A program made the translations under genes and the position numbers. Shown here in pieces: positions 27,035 through 36,963 of a DNA stretch of 64,000 nucleotides. The notes below the pieces were generated by a model, which saw nothing but the letters and a program-made list of their open reading frames with translations, was not told the DNA's origin and searched no databases. Every line of letters starts with the position of its first letter. Within the stretch, counting starts at the first letter, position 1. This DNA comes from an uncultured Gemmatimonadales bacterium (lineage in GTDB: Bacteria > Gemmatimonadota > Gemmatimonadetes > Gemmatimonadales > GWC2-71-9). Location: assembly GCA_963730185.1 (NCBI GenBank), contig CAVSQW010000004.1, positions 64,001-128,000 of the forward strand, read 5' to 3'.

Positions 27035-29500
27035 ATGGCGTCCATCATGGAGCGGCCGCGGAGCGCGGCGCTGCCCTTGTTCATGTTGTTGTCCCTCGGT
27101 ACCGCGTCGTTGTCCGCGCAGGCCCTTCCTTCGATCGCGGCCAAGACCCAGGGGATGCAGAAGATCGACGGCTTCATCCCGATGTACTGGGATCCGTCGG
27201 CCGGCAAGCTCTGGCTCGAGATCGACAAGCTCGGACAGGAGATTCTCTACGTGGTGTCGCTGCCCGACGGCATCGGCTCGAACGACATCGGGCTGGACCG
27301 CGGGCAGATCGGCGGCGAGCGAATCGTGCGATTCGATCGAGTCGGTCCGCGGGTGCTGATGGTGCAGCCTAACTACGAGTTCCGGGCGGGAACCGACAAT
27401 GCCGACGAGCGGCGGGCGGTGGAGCAGTCGTTCGCCCAGTCGGTGCTCTGGGGCTTCAAGGTCGAGGCCGAGAGTGACGGGGCGGTGCTGGTCGACGCGA
27501 CCGACTTCGCGCTCCACGATGCCCACGACGTGATCGGCGGGCTCCGCCGGACCCGCCAGGGCAGCTTCCGGCTCGACGCCTCCCGGAGCGCACTCTACCT
27601 GGAGCGGACCAAGGGCTTTCCCAAGAACACCGAGATCGAGGCCATCCTCACCTTTACCGGCGATAGCCCGGGCCGCTGGGTGCGCGACGTGACGCCCACG
27701 GCCGACGCGATCACCGTCCACGAGCATCAGTCGTTCGTCGAGCTCCCCGGGCCGGGCTACCGGACCCGCCTGGCCGATCCGCGGTCCGGCTTCTATCCGA
27801 TGACGTACTACGACTACGCCACGCCGATCGACCAGCCCTTGGTGCAGCGGTTCACGGCCCGGCACCGGCTGGCCAAGCGGGACCCGAGCGCCGCGATCAG
27901 CGATCCGGTCGAGCCGATCGTCTATTACCTCGACCGCGGGGTCCCCGAGCCGATTCGCTCGGCCCTGCTCGACGGCGCCCGTTGGTGGAATCAGGCCTTC
28001 GAGGCCGCCGGGTATCGCAACGCCTTCCGGGTGGAGCTCATGCCCGAAGGCGCCGATCCGATGGACATCCGGTACAACGTGATCCAGTGGGTCCACCGGT
28101 TCACCCGCGGCTGGAGCTACGGCAACACCATCACCGACCCGCGGACCGGCGAGATCCTCAAGGGCCAGGTTTCCCTCGGCTCGCTCCGGGTGCGGCAAGA
28201 TCTCCTGATCGCCGAAGGGCTGCTCCAGCCGTTCGTCCGCGGCGACGAGGATCCGACCACCGCCAAGGCGATGGCGCTGGCCCGGATCCGACAGCTGGCG
28301 GCCCACGAGGTGGGGCACACGCTGGGGCTCCAGCACAACTACATCTCGAGCAGCGAAGGCCGCTCGTCGGTGATGGACTACCCCCACCCGCTGATCAAGC
28401 TCGACGCCAACGGCGCCATCGACGTCTCCGATGCGTACGCCACCGGCATCGGTGCCTGGGACCAGGAAGCGATCAAGTGGGGCTATTCGGATTTCCCGCC
28501 GGGGACCGACGAGAAGACGGCGCTCGACGGCGTGATCCGAGAGGCGCGCGCCAAGGGGCTCACCTTCCTCACGGACCAGGATGCCCGGCCGGCCGGGAGC
28601 GCGCATCCCAACACCCATCTCTGGGACAACGGCACCAGCGCGGCGGCCGAGCTGGATCGGGTGATGACCGTGCGCCGGGCGGCGCTCCGGCAGTTCGGCG
28701 AGCACGCGATTCGGCTCGGCCAGCCGATGGCGACGATCGAAGACGTGCTGGTGCCGATCTACCTCTTCCATCGCTACCAGGTGGAGGCGGCTACCAAGGT
28801 GATCGGCGGCCAATACTACGATTACGCCCTCCGCGGCGACGGCGTCACCCCGGTCAGGGAGGTGCCGGCCGCCGAGCAGATCGAGGCGCTCACCTCGGTG
28901 CTCCGGACCCTCACCCCCCAGGCGCTGGCCCTGCCTCGCTCGGTGCTCCAGCTCATCCCGCCCCGGCCGTCGACCTATCCGATGCATCGGGAGCTCTTCC
29001 AGCGCACCACCGGGCTCGTGTTCGACGCCGTTTCGCCGGCCACGTCCGCGGCGGATCTGGCGGTCGGTTTCCTGCTCAACGACGAACGGGCGGCGCGCCT
29101 GGTCGAGCAGCATGCCCTCGATCCCAAGCTTCCCGGGCTCGAAGACGTGCTCGATCGCCTGATCGCCGCCACCTTCGACCTGGCCCCCGCCGACGGGTAC
29201 CAGGCGGAAATCGGCCGGGCGGTGCAGCGGGTGGTCGTGGACCAGCTGATGCACCTCGCGGCCACGGCCGAGCTTCCTCAGGCTCGGGCGGTGGCCGCTC
29301 GGAAACTTTCGGAGCTGGCGGGTCGTTCCGTGAGAACGGCGGCGCCGAGCCCGGCCGACCGCGCGGCCCGAGCCCTCTTCGCCGCCGACATCCACCGCTT
29401 CCTCGAGCGTCCCTACGATCCGACCCGCCTCACCTCGGCGCCGGAAGCGCCGCCGGGCAGCCCGATCGGAGACTTCGAGGAAGTCGTCACCGTTCCGTGA
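27035..29500 (+). CDS. Secreted zinc metalloprotease (metzincin, DUF5117/DUF4953 type)
   Basis: Signal peptide; EPIVYYLD; WWNQAFEAAG; DPRTGEILKG; HEVGHTLGLQHN; SVMDY Met-turn. Confidence 0.9.
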   Translation: MASIMERPRSAALPLFMLLSLGTASLSAQALPSIAAKTQGMQKIDGFIPMYWDPSAGKLWLEIDKLGQEILYVVSLPDGIGSNDIGLDRGQIGGERIVRFDRVGPRVLMVQPNYEFRAGTDNADERRAVEQSFAQSVLWGFKVEAESDGAVLVDATDFALHDAHDVIGGLRRTRQGSFRLDASRSALYLERTKGFPKNTEIEAILTFTGDSPGRWVRDVTPTADAITVHEHQSFVELPGPGYRTRLADPRSGFYPMTYYDYATPIDQPLVQRFTARHRLAKRDPSAAISDPVEPIVYYLDRGVPEPIRSALLDGARWWNQAFEAAGYRNAFRVELMPEGADPMDIRYNVIQWVHRFTRGWSYGNTITDPRTGEILKGQVSLGSLRVRQDLLIAEGLLQPFVRGDEDPTTAKAMALARIRQLAAHEVGHTLGLQHNYISSSEGRSSVMDYPHPLIKLDANGAIDVSDAYATGIGAWDQEAIKWGYSDFPPGTDEKTALDGVIREARAKGLTFLTDQDARPAGSAHPNTHLWDNGTSAAAELDRVMTVRRAALRQFGEHAIRLGQPMATIEDVLVPIYLFHRYQVEAATKVIGGQYYDYALRGDGVTPVREVPAAEQIEALTSVLRTLTPQALALPRSVLQLIPPRPSTYPMHRELFQRTTGLVFDAVSPATSAADLAVGFLLNDERAARLVEQHALDPKLPGLEDVLDRLIAATFDLAPADGYQAEIGRAVQRVVVDQLMHLAATAELPQARAVAARKLSELAGRSVRTAAPSPADRAARALFAADIHRFLERPYDPTRLTSAPEAPPGSPIGDFEEVVTVP

Positions 29501-29520
29501 ACCGAGAAGGGGGAGGAAAA

Positions 29521-30093
29521 GTGCGCAGTCCGACGAACCAGAGCAGTGAGCCCAGGAAGCCGGGGACCGGCCGCTGGCGGAGCGGGGTCGTCGCCCTCCT
29601 CCTCGCCTCCGCGACCAGCGCCGCGGCGCAAACGCCCATGGCCAAGCCGGAAGACGTGAGCTCGATCGACGCGATCATGAAGGCCGTCTACGACGTGATT
29701 TCGGGTCCGGCCGGACAGAAGCGCGACTGGGACCGCTTCCGTTCGCTGTTCGCCCCGGGTGGTCGGTTGATTCCCACCGGCGTCAATCCGCAAGGCGAGC
29801 ACCGGATCGGGGCGCTCACGCCTGACGAATACATTCAGCGAAGCGGTCCGTTCCTCGAGGGCAAGGGCTTCTTCGAGCGCGAGATCGGGCGGACGATGGA
29901 GCGCTACGGGAACATCGTCCAGGCGTTCAGCGCCTACGAGTCTCGTAACAAGCTCGACGACCCCAAACCGTTCGCCCGCGGGATCAACAGCTTCCAGCTC
30001 TGGTTCGACGGGAACCGCTGGTGGGTGGTGACGATCTTCTGGCAGGGCGAGACGCCGGACACGCCCATCCCCGCCAAGTACCTCAACAAATAG
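29521..30093 (+). CDS. Secreted hypothetical protein, NTF2/SnoaL-like fold likely
   Basis: GGAGG RBS; signal peptide; YDVISGPAG..RDWDRFRSLF, GFFERE, RGINSFQL, RWW. Confidence 0.75.
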   Translation: MRSPTNQSSEPRKPGTGRWRSGVVALLLASATSAAAQTPMAKPEDVSSIDAIMKAVYDVISGPAGQKRDWDRFRSLFAPGGRLIPTGVNPQGEHRIGALTPDEYIQRSGPFLEGKGFFEREIGRTMERYGNIVQAFSAYESRNKLDDPKPFARGINSFQLWFDGNRWWVVTIFWQGETPDTPIPAKYLNK

Positions 30094-30100
30094 GACGGAC

Positions 30101-32269
30101 GTGCTCCGTTGGTCTCCTCTGGTTGCGTTGGCGGCGGTGGCCCTCCTCGGTGGAGTGGCGCCGCCGCCGGCGCCGGTGGCCGGGCTGTGCGGGCCGGACG
30201 GCCCGGCCCTCCGGCCCAGCACCGATCTCTATTGCATGGAGCTCATTACCCGACCCGACCTGAACGGCATCACGGCCACGGTCGAGCTGGGACGGGCTGC
30301 GTCGCCGATCGACGTCGCGGTCACGGCCGACGGCAACCAGCGCTACGACGCCACCGTCGAGATCCACGGCCTGCCTGAGCCCGCGTCGCTTGGGCCGTAT
30401 CACACGTACGTCGCCTGGATCACCCCGCCCGCCCTGGATCCGGTCGTCAAGCTGGGCGAGGTGAAGGACGGCCGCACCCACCTGGGTGAGATCGCCTTCG
30501 ACAAGTTTCTCGTCTTCGTCACGGCCGAAGCGTCGGCCGAGGTGTCGGAGCGGTCGGGGCGGATGGTGCTCCGCGGCATGTCGCCCAGCGTCCGGATGCA
30601 GCAGCACTCGATGTTCGCGCTCTCCCGCGAGGTGGACTCGAGCATGGAGCACATGCGGCACGACGTGCCGGACGGCCGGATCGCGGCGGCCCGGTGGACC
30701 ATGCCCGCGATGCGCGCCAACACGCCGATGCTCCCCATGCCCGGCGTCGAGGGCCTGGTGCCGGCCGCCGCGCCGTTCCTGCCGGGCGCCGGTCTCGAGC
30801 TCGCCCGCCTGCCCGAAGCGAAGCCGCGCCGCCTGGTCCGGCTCGCGAACGGCGACACCTTGGAGCTTCGGGCCTCGCTCGTCCGCCGCACCATCAACGG
30901 CCAGACCCTGGCGATGTACGCCTACAACGAGCAGTACCCGGGACCGCTGATCCAGGTGGACCAGGACGCCACGATCTACGTCCGGTTCCGGAACGCGATC
31001 GACCAGCCGAGCTCGGTCCACTGGCACGGGGTCCGGCTCGACAACGCGAGCGACGGCGTGCCGGGCGTAACCCAGGACCCGGTCCAACCAGGCCAGGGGT
31101 TCTTCTACCGGGTCAAGTTCCCGGACGCCGGCATCTACTGGTACCATCCCCACGTGCGGGAGGACATCCAACAGGACTTGGGGTTGTACGGCAACATCCT
31201 GGTCAAGCCGAAGCGCCCCGACGCGTTCGGGCCGGCCAACCGGGAGGAGACCCTCATCCTCGATGATCTCCTCCTGGGCGGCGACGGGCTGGTCCCGTAC
31301 GGGATCGATCACGCGACCCACGCGCTGATGGGCCGGTTCGGGAACGTCCTGCTGGTGAACGGCGATCCGAGCTGGCACTTCGACGCGCACCCCGGTGAGG
31401 TGGTCCGCCTCTATCTCACCAACGTGTCGAACACCCGGACCTTCAACGTGGCGCTCCCCGGCGCCCGGATGAAGCTGGTCGGCGCCGACGTGGGCCGCTA
31501 CGAGCGGGAGGCCTGGGTCGAGAGCGTGGCCATCGCGCCGGCCCAGCGCTACATCGTCGACGTCCGGTTCCCGGCCGCCGGCCGCTACCCGCTGATGAAC
31601 CGGGTTCAGGCGATCGATCACACCATCGGGAGCTTCTTCCCGGAGTACGATACGCTGGGGATGGTGACGGCCGGCGCGGAGCCGGCGACGCCCGACTACG
31701 GCGCCGCCTTCGAGACCCTTCGCGAGAACCGCGACGTGGTGACGGAGATCGACCGGTACCGGCCCTGGTTCAGCCGCCCGCCCGACAAGCGCCTGGTGCT
31801 GACCGTCCGCCTCGGCGAGCTCCCCTTCGGCGTGGTCCAGCTGCTCCGCCGCGACCGGATGTACTCGCACCCGGTCGAGTGGAGCGGCACCATGCCGATG
31901 ATGGACTGGCTGCCCACCACCGCCGAGACCCACTGGGTGCTCCGCGATCCGGACAGCGGCAAGGAGAACATGGCGATCGACTGGCACTTCAAGCTGGGCG
32001 ATCGGGTGAAGATCCGGATGGCCAACGATCGCGCGACTCTCCACCCGATGCCGCACCCGATCCATCTGCACGGGCAGCGCTTCCTGGTGTTGGCCTACAA
32101 CGACGTGCCCAACCCCAACCTGGTCTGGAAGGACACCGTCCTCATTCCGGTGGGCGGCACGGTCGACATCCTGGTGGAGATGAGCAACCCCGGGAAGTGG
32201 ATGATGCATTGCCACATCGCCGAACATCTGGAGTCCGGCATGATGGGAGTCTTCACGGTCGACCGCTGA
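30101..32269 (+). CDS. Multicopper oxidase with extra N-terminal domain
   Basis: HWHG, WYHPH, HPIHLHG, HCHIAEHLESGM. Met-rich linker. Confidence 0.93.
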   Translation: MLRWSPLVALAAVALLGGVAPPPAPVAGLCGPDGPALRPSTDLYCMELITRPDLNGITATVELGRAASPIDVAVTADGNQRYDATVEIHGLPEPASLGPYHTYVAWITPPALDPVVKLGEVKDGRTHLGEIAFDKFLVFVTAEASAEVSERSGRMVLRGMSPSVRMQQHSMFALSREVDSSMEHMRHDVPDGRIAAARWTMPAMRANTPMLPMPGVEGLVPAAAPFLPGAGLELARLPEAKPRRLVRLANGDTLELRASLVRRTINGQTLAMYAYNEQYPGPLIQVDQDATIYVRFRNAIDQPSSVHWHGVRLDNASDGVPGVTQDPVQPGQGFFYRVKFPDAGIYWYHPHVREDIQQDLGLYGNILVKPKRPDAFGPANREETLILDDLLLGGDGLVPYGIDHATHALMGRFGNVLLVNGDPSWHFDAHPGEVVRLYLTNVSNTRTFNVALPGARMKLVGADVGRYEREAWVESVAIAPAQRYIVDVRFPAAGRYPLMNRVQAIDHTIGSFFPEYDTLGMVTAGAEPATPDYGAAFETLRENRDVVTEIDRYRPWFSRPPDKRLVLTVRLGELPFGVVQLLRRDRMYSHPVEWSGTMPMMDWLPTTAETHWVLRDPDSGKENMAIDWHFKLGDRVKIRMANDRATLHPMPHPIHLHGQRFLVLAYNDVPNPNLVWKDTVLIPVGGTVDILVEMSNPGKWMMHCHIAEHLESGMMGVFTVDR

Positions 32270-32346
32270 CCCCTTCGATGGTGCAGGCTGAAACCGCACT
32301 ACCGTCCCCGTCGTAGGATCGACCGATTGAGCCCGGGCTGGCCCCA

Positions 32347-34580
32347 GTGTTCGCTGCCGTACTATTCGTCGTTGCCACGCTTCAGATTCCGGACACGTCC
32401 GCCGTTCCATCCGACTCCTATGCCGACTCGGCCACGGCTCAGCTGGTCCGTCGCGCCCGCTCGGCCCGGGACCGGAACGAGCGGCTGGTCACGGCGTACA
32501 CGGCCAAGGTGAGTCAACGGATCGGGGTCGGGATCCGGGCCATGGCTCGCGACCGGATGCTCTATCGCCAGGAGACGGTAGCTCGGATTTCCTGGCGCCG
32601 GGACTCGGTCAGCACGATCGAGGTGATCGGCGCCCGGGAAGGGATCCCGATCGCGATCCGCGGGGACCGGGTGCCGGAGGATCTCGACGACGAGCTCCGC
32701 GGCCTGGTGCTGAACCCCGCCGAGGACTACCTCCGGGTGATCGGGGCCCAGGACGACGACGGGTTCGTCTACCCCCTCAAGGTCGGGGGGGAGGCCGACT
32801 ACCGCTTCGCGGTGGGAGACACCACCAAGATCGCGCTCCCGTCGGGCAAGGTGATCCGGCTGGCCGCGCTCCGGGTGATCCCGCGGCGGGCGGACTGGCG
32901 GTTGATGTCGGGAACCCTGTGGTTCGACCTCGATACCTACGGCCTGGTCCGGGCCGTCTTCCGTCCAGCCCGCGCCTACGAGTTCCGGCGGGACTCGGAC
33001 CCCGAGGACCGGGAAGACGTGCCCGGTTTCGTGAATCCCAAGGCGGAGGTCAAGTACGTCACCCTGGAGTACGGCTTCTACGAGAACCGCTGGTGGCTCC
33101 CCCGCTACGTAGCCATCGACGCCTACGGGACCATGGGCTCCTGGCTCAACGTGCCGGTCAAGATCGAGCGGGTCTACGACGACTACGAGGTCGAGGGCGG
33201 AACGCCGCCCGATCCCAATAGCAACTTCCGGCCGGCCGGTACGGTCCGGAGGTCGGCGGCCGACACCATCGCGGACCCGGTGGAGGCGAAGCGGGTGGCC
33301 GACAGCGTCCAGACAGCCATCCGGGGCTGCCTCAAGGAGGCCGAGCGGGACGAGGACGTCAACTGGCGGGATGCGGAGTCCCGCCGTCGGTATCGGGAGC
33401 GGATCCGTCAGTGCACCCACCCGCGCCGGGATACGACCCTCACGTTCGTCATTCCATCCGACACCGCCGCGCTCGTGACCAGCTCCGAATTGGGCCCGCC
33501 CATCCTCGACATGGGCGACCTGATCAACGAGCAGGAGCTCCGGAGCTTTGGCGACGCGCTGGGCAAGCTCCCCGGAACCCCCTGGCAGGCCCACCTCGAG
33601 CTGCCGCACGGGGTCGGGGCGCTGCTCAGAACGCCCGGTACAACCGGGTCGAAGCCCTATCTCTGGGAGCTCGAGGCGCGCTGGACCTGGGCAAGCTCGC
33701 CGTGGAAGGCTCGGCCCGGATCGGCCTGGCGGATTTCGTGCCCAACGCCGAGCTCCACGTGGCGAGAAGCTCTCCCACCACCCGCTGGGCCCTGGGGGGC
33801 TACCGGCGCCTGGCGGCGGCCAATCCGGATGCCCACCCGTTCGGCGCGGTAAACAGCACGATGAGTCTCCTGGCCCAGCGTGACGACGGCCAGTACTTCC
33901 GGTCGCTCGGTGCGGAGGTGACAGTCGAGAACACCGCAAGCGGTTGGTGGACCGCTCGGCTCTACTTGGAGCGGCAGCGTCCGGCGCGGGTCGAAACCAA
34001 GGCAAGCTTGCCGTATCTTTTCAACAATTCTAATACTTTTGGTCCCAATATCGCGGCCGATTCCGCTGTCGAGGCTGGGTTTGCGCTGACCCTCCGTGGG
34101 ACGAAGGTGTTCTCGCATTCCTTCTCCGTCGGGGCTCAGGCCACCGTCGACGGAGCCACCGGCGACTACGACTTCGGTCGGGCTGCGCTCACCCTGCGGG
34201 CCTTCATTACTCCGCCTGGTCCGCTCGCTGGCGCCCTCACCGCGGCGGCCGGAACCAGCACCGGCCCGGTTCCGATTCAGAGCGCCTTCTTCCTCGGCGG
34301 GCCCAGCACGCTCCGGGGATACAACGGTGGGGTGCTCTCGGGATCGGCCTTCTGGCTCGCCCGGGCGGAGATCGGGAACTCGTTCCCGGCTGCCAGGATC
34401 ACGGCCTTCAGCGACGTGGGGTGGGCCGGCGATCGGGCTGGGTTCTCCGGTGGCCGGCCGCTGATGAGCGTCGGGATGGGGGCAAGCTTTCTCGACGGGC
34501 TGGTCCGGATCGACCTTGCCCGCGGGCTCCGGGCGCCGACCGGCTGGCGGCTGGACTTCTACTTCGACGGCGTAATTTGA
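32347..34580 (+). CDS. Outer-membrane beta-barrel protein (Omp85/BamA-like C-terminus), frameshifted near 33627
   Basis: N-terminal part in track ORF 32347, C-terminal part in ORF 33411 (RYNRVEALSLG...FFLGGPSTLRGY...FSDVGWAG...LDGLVRIDLARG). Joined by a one-base slip at ctgctcagaac. Confidence 0.7.
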
Positions 34581-34589
34581 TACTCTGTC

Positions 34590-34638
34590 TCCGGACCCCG
34601 AGGCGGCCGGCCCCTGCGGGGCGGCCGCCGGGTCCGGA
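34590..34638 (+). terminator. GC-rich stem-loop after the OM protein gene
   Basis: tccggaccc..ggcggccg..cggccgcc.gggtccgga. No U-tract. Confidence 0.3.
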
Positions 34639-34676
34639 CGTCGCCCACCTCCCGAACGGAAAGTGAGGCACCACCC

Positions 34677-36176
34677 GTGCGACTGCTCGAATGGGGCGTG
34701 GTGCTCGCGCTGGTCTTGGCGGTACTCGGCGCGCTGGCCGGGCGCCGCTGGCCCTGGCAGGCAGGCCGAGCCTGGGCCCTGATTCTGGTCGTGCTGGTGG
34801 CGCTCCAGATCGGCATCGAGGGGGCCCGAATGCCGATGGCGCCGGCTTACGGGCTCGCCTTGATCCTGGTGCTGGGCGGGCTCGCGGGGCGGCGGCCGAC
34901 CGCGAAGCGGCCCGGATGGCTGGGGGTCGGCCTGCGCTGGGCGCTCGGGATCGGACTGACGTTGCTGGCGGTGCTCCCCCCATGGCTCTTTCCGGTCTTC
35001 CAGCTGCCGGCCCCGACCGGTCCCTTTGCCGTCGGAACGCTGTCGTTCGCGCTGACCGACTCGTCGAGGACGGAGGCGTTCGGGCCGGCGCCGGGAGGGC
35101 CGCGCGCCTACGCGGTCCGGGTCTGGTACCCGGCTCCGGCGGGGACGGACGGCCCCACCGCCCCGTACGCTACCGCGGCCGAGCTCACCGGCGGGATCCT
35201 CGGCCTGATGCCGGGCGGCCGGTTCGCCAGCGGGCAGCTTTCCTACGTCAGGACCCACAGTCACCCCGGGGCCTCGGTCGCCTCCGCGCCCGACCGGTTT
35301 CCGGTGCTGGTCTTCTCACATGGCTACACCGGCTTTTCGGCCCAGAACACGCCCCAGATGGAGGAGCTGGCTAGCCGCGGGTACGTGGTCTTCAGCCTGA
35401 GCCACACCTTCGACGCCGGAGCGACGGTGTTCCCAGATGGTCGGGTGATTCCGCTCGATCCCGTGATCCTCGAGACGTTTGCCCATCGCGACTCGGCCCG
35501 GACCGACTCGACGACCCGGGCCCTCGCGGCCCTCGCGGCGGCCACGACCCCGGAGGCCCGCGAGGCGGCGTTCCTCCAATTCAACCGATTCGACCCGCCA
35601 CGGATCGTGGCCTCGGTGCCCGTGTGGTCGGGTGACACCCGGCACCTGCTGGACTACCTGGAGGGTCTCGCGTCCGGCCGGCCGGGGGGAGCGCTGAGCG
35701 GTCGGCTCGACCTCGAGCGGATCGGAATCTTCGGTATGTCGTTCGGCGGCTCGAACACCGGGGAAGTGTGCCGGGTCGATCCGCGCTGCAAGGCGGGCAT
35801 CAACATCGACGGGGAGCAGTTCGGGTCGCTGGCCGTCGACGACAGTGTGACCGCTCCTTTCATGATCATCGCCAGCAACACCGCCGTGCCGCTGCATCGG
35901 GTCCTCTTCGACCACCTCCGCGGGCCCGCCTACCTGGTGCACTTGGTGGGAACTCAGCACGTCGGTCTCACCGACATGGGCTATGTCGGGCCTCACCTGT
36001 TCCGGTGGCTTGGGCTGATCGGCACCATGCCGGTGGACCGGACCGAGGCGCTCCTCACCCGGTACGTCGTCGCCTTCTTCGATCGCTATCTTCGCGGTAT
36101 GCCGGCCCCCGAGCTGTCGCGCCCCGACGGCGCCACCGACGTCGAGTTCGAGTTCCGAGCGGCCACCACGCCATGA
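34677..36176 (+). CDS. Membrane-anchored alpha/beta hydrolase (PAF-acetylhydrolase-like)
   Basis: N-terminal TM helices; LPAPTGPFAVG; FSHG; ELASRGYVV; GMSFGG; INIDG. Confidence 0.88.
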   Translation: MRLLEWGVVLALVLAVLGALAGRRWPWQAGRAWALILVVLVALQIGIEGARMPMAPAYGLALILVLGGLAGRRPTAKRPGWLGVGLRWALGIGLTLLAVLPPWLFPVFQLPAPTGPFAVGTLSFALTDSSRTEAFGPAPGGPRAYAVRVWYPAPAGTDGPTAPYATAAELTGGILGLMPGGRFASGQLSYVRTHSHPGASVASAPDRFPVLVFSHGYTGFSAQNTPQMEELASRGYVVFSLSHTFDAGATVFPDGRVIPLDPVILETFAHRDSARTDSTTRALAALAAATTPEAREAAFLQFNRFDPPRIVASVPVWSGDTRHLLDYLEGLASGRPGGALSGRLDLERIGIFGMSFGGSNTGEVCRVDPRCKAGINIDGEQFGSLAVDDSVTAPFMIIASNTAVPLHRVLFDHLRGPAYLVHLVGTQHVGLTDMGYVGPHLFRWLGLIGTMPVDRTEALLTRYVVAFFDRYLRGMPAPELSRPDGATDVEFEFRAATTP

Positions 36177-36316
36177 TCGTCGTGCCGTCCGCCACCGGCC
36201 TATGTGGAGCCCGCCGTGGAGGCCATCATTCGGTCCCCCCGGACCGGCGAGCCCGGAGGCGACCCGATCCAAGTCCTCAGGTTGAGGCCCCCCGCCTTTC
36301 GACCGATACTTGAAGC

Positions 36317-36820
36317 ATGATCCGCGTCCGATTCCTTCCGATCTTGGTTCTGGCGTCGCTCTGCCTGGCGGCGCCGGCGCGGGCCCAGGTCTCGTACTCG
36401 GCCGACGCGCTGGAGGAGATCCGCTCGCTGACGGTCCGGGTGGACGTGAGCGGCGGTGGGGTGGAGGACGGCCGCCTCACGGGGCTCCTGACCGAGGTGA
36501 TCCGCCAGGAGCTCCGCCGGGCGGACATCCTCTGGGAGCAGGCCGTGCCGAGGGCGGGGGATTGCTGCGTGCTCCGGCTCGACGTCCGGATGACGTCGGG
36601 GACCGGCCGGTCGCGCTTCGGCGTCGCCTACACCCTCCGGCTGGAGCTGGGCCTCGTCGACGCGCTCGGCTCGCTCCCCACCTGGACGACGATCTGGGCC
36701 GGGCGGATGCTGGGCAACGTGGTCGAGCGCCCCGACCTGACCGAGTCCCTCCGCTTTGCCACCCGCGAGCTGGCGGGGGACTTCGTGGATCGCTATCGGG
36801 AGCGATTCCCGATTAGGTAG
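36317..36820 (+). CDS. Secreted hypothetical protein
   Basis: Signal peptide ...LAAPARA|Q; GC3-rich codon pattern. Confidence 0.65.
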   Translation: MIRVRFLPILVLASLCLAAPARAQVSYSADALEEIRSLTVRVDVSGGGVEDGRLTGLLTEVIRQELRRADILWEQAVPRAGDCCVLRLDVRMTSGTGRSRFGVAYTLRLELGLVDALGSLPTWTTIWAGRMLGNVVERPDLTESLRFATRELAGDFVDRYRERFPIR

Positions 36821-36963
36821 GGAGTTGGGATTGGGGAGTGGTGAATAGGGAGTGAGTAGGCGGTTGGGAGTAGGGGCACCTGCTCCCGACTCACTCCCTA
36901 ATCCCCCCTACTCCCGACTCCCCATTCACTCCCTAGTCACCACTCTCTACTCATTAGTCCCTA
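36818..36963. repeat. Degenerate heptamer inverted-repeat element, copy B (fills the gap between convergent genes)
   Basis: tagggag ttgggat tggggag tggtgaa tagggag tgag taggcgg ttgggag tagggg, core cacctg, then ctcccga ctca ctcccta...ctctcta ctcatta gtcccta. Confidence 0.82.

Noticed and set aside
33995..34090. DGR variable region
   Set aside because: No reverse transcriptase or template repeat is visible in the window. Kept only as a compositional anomaly.
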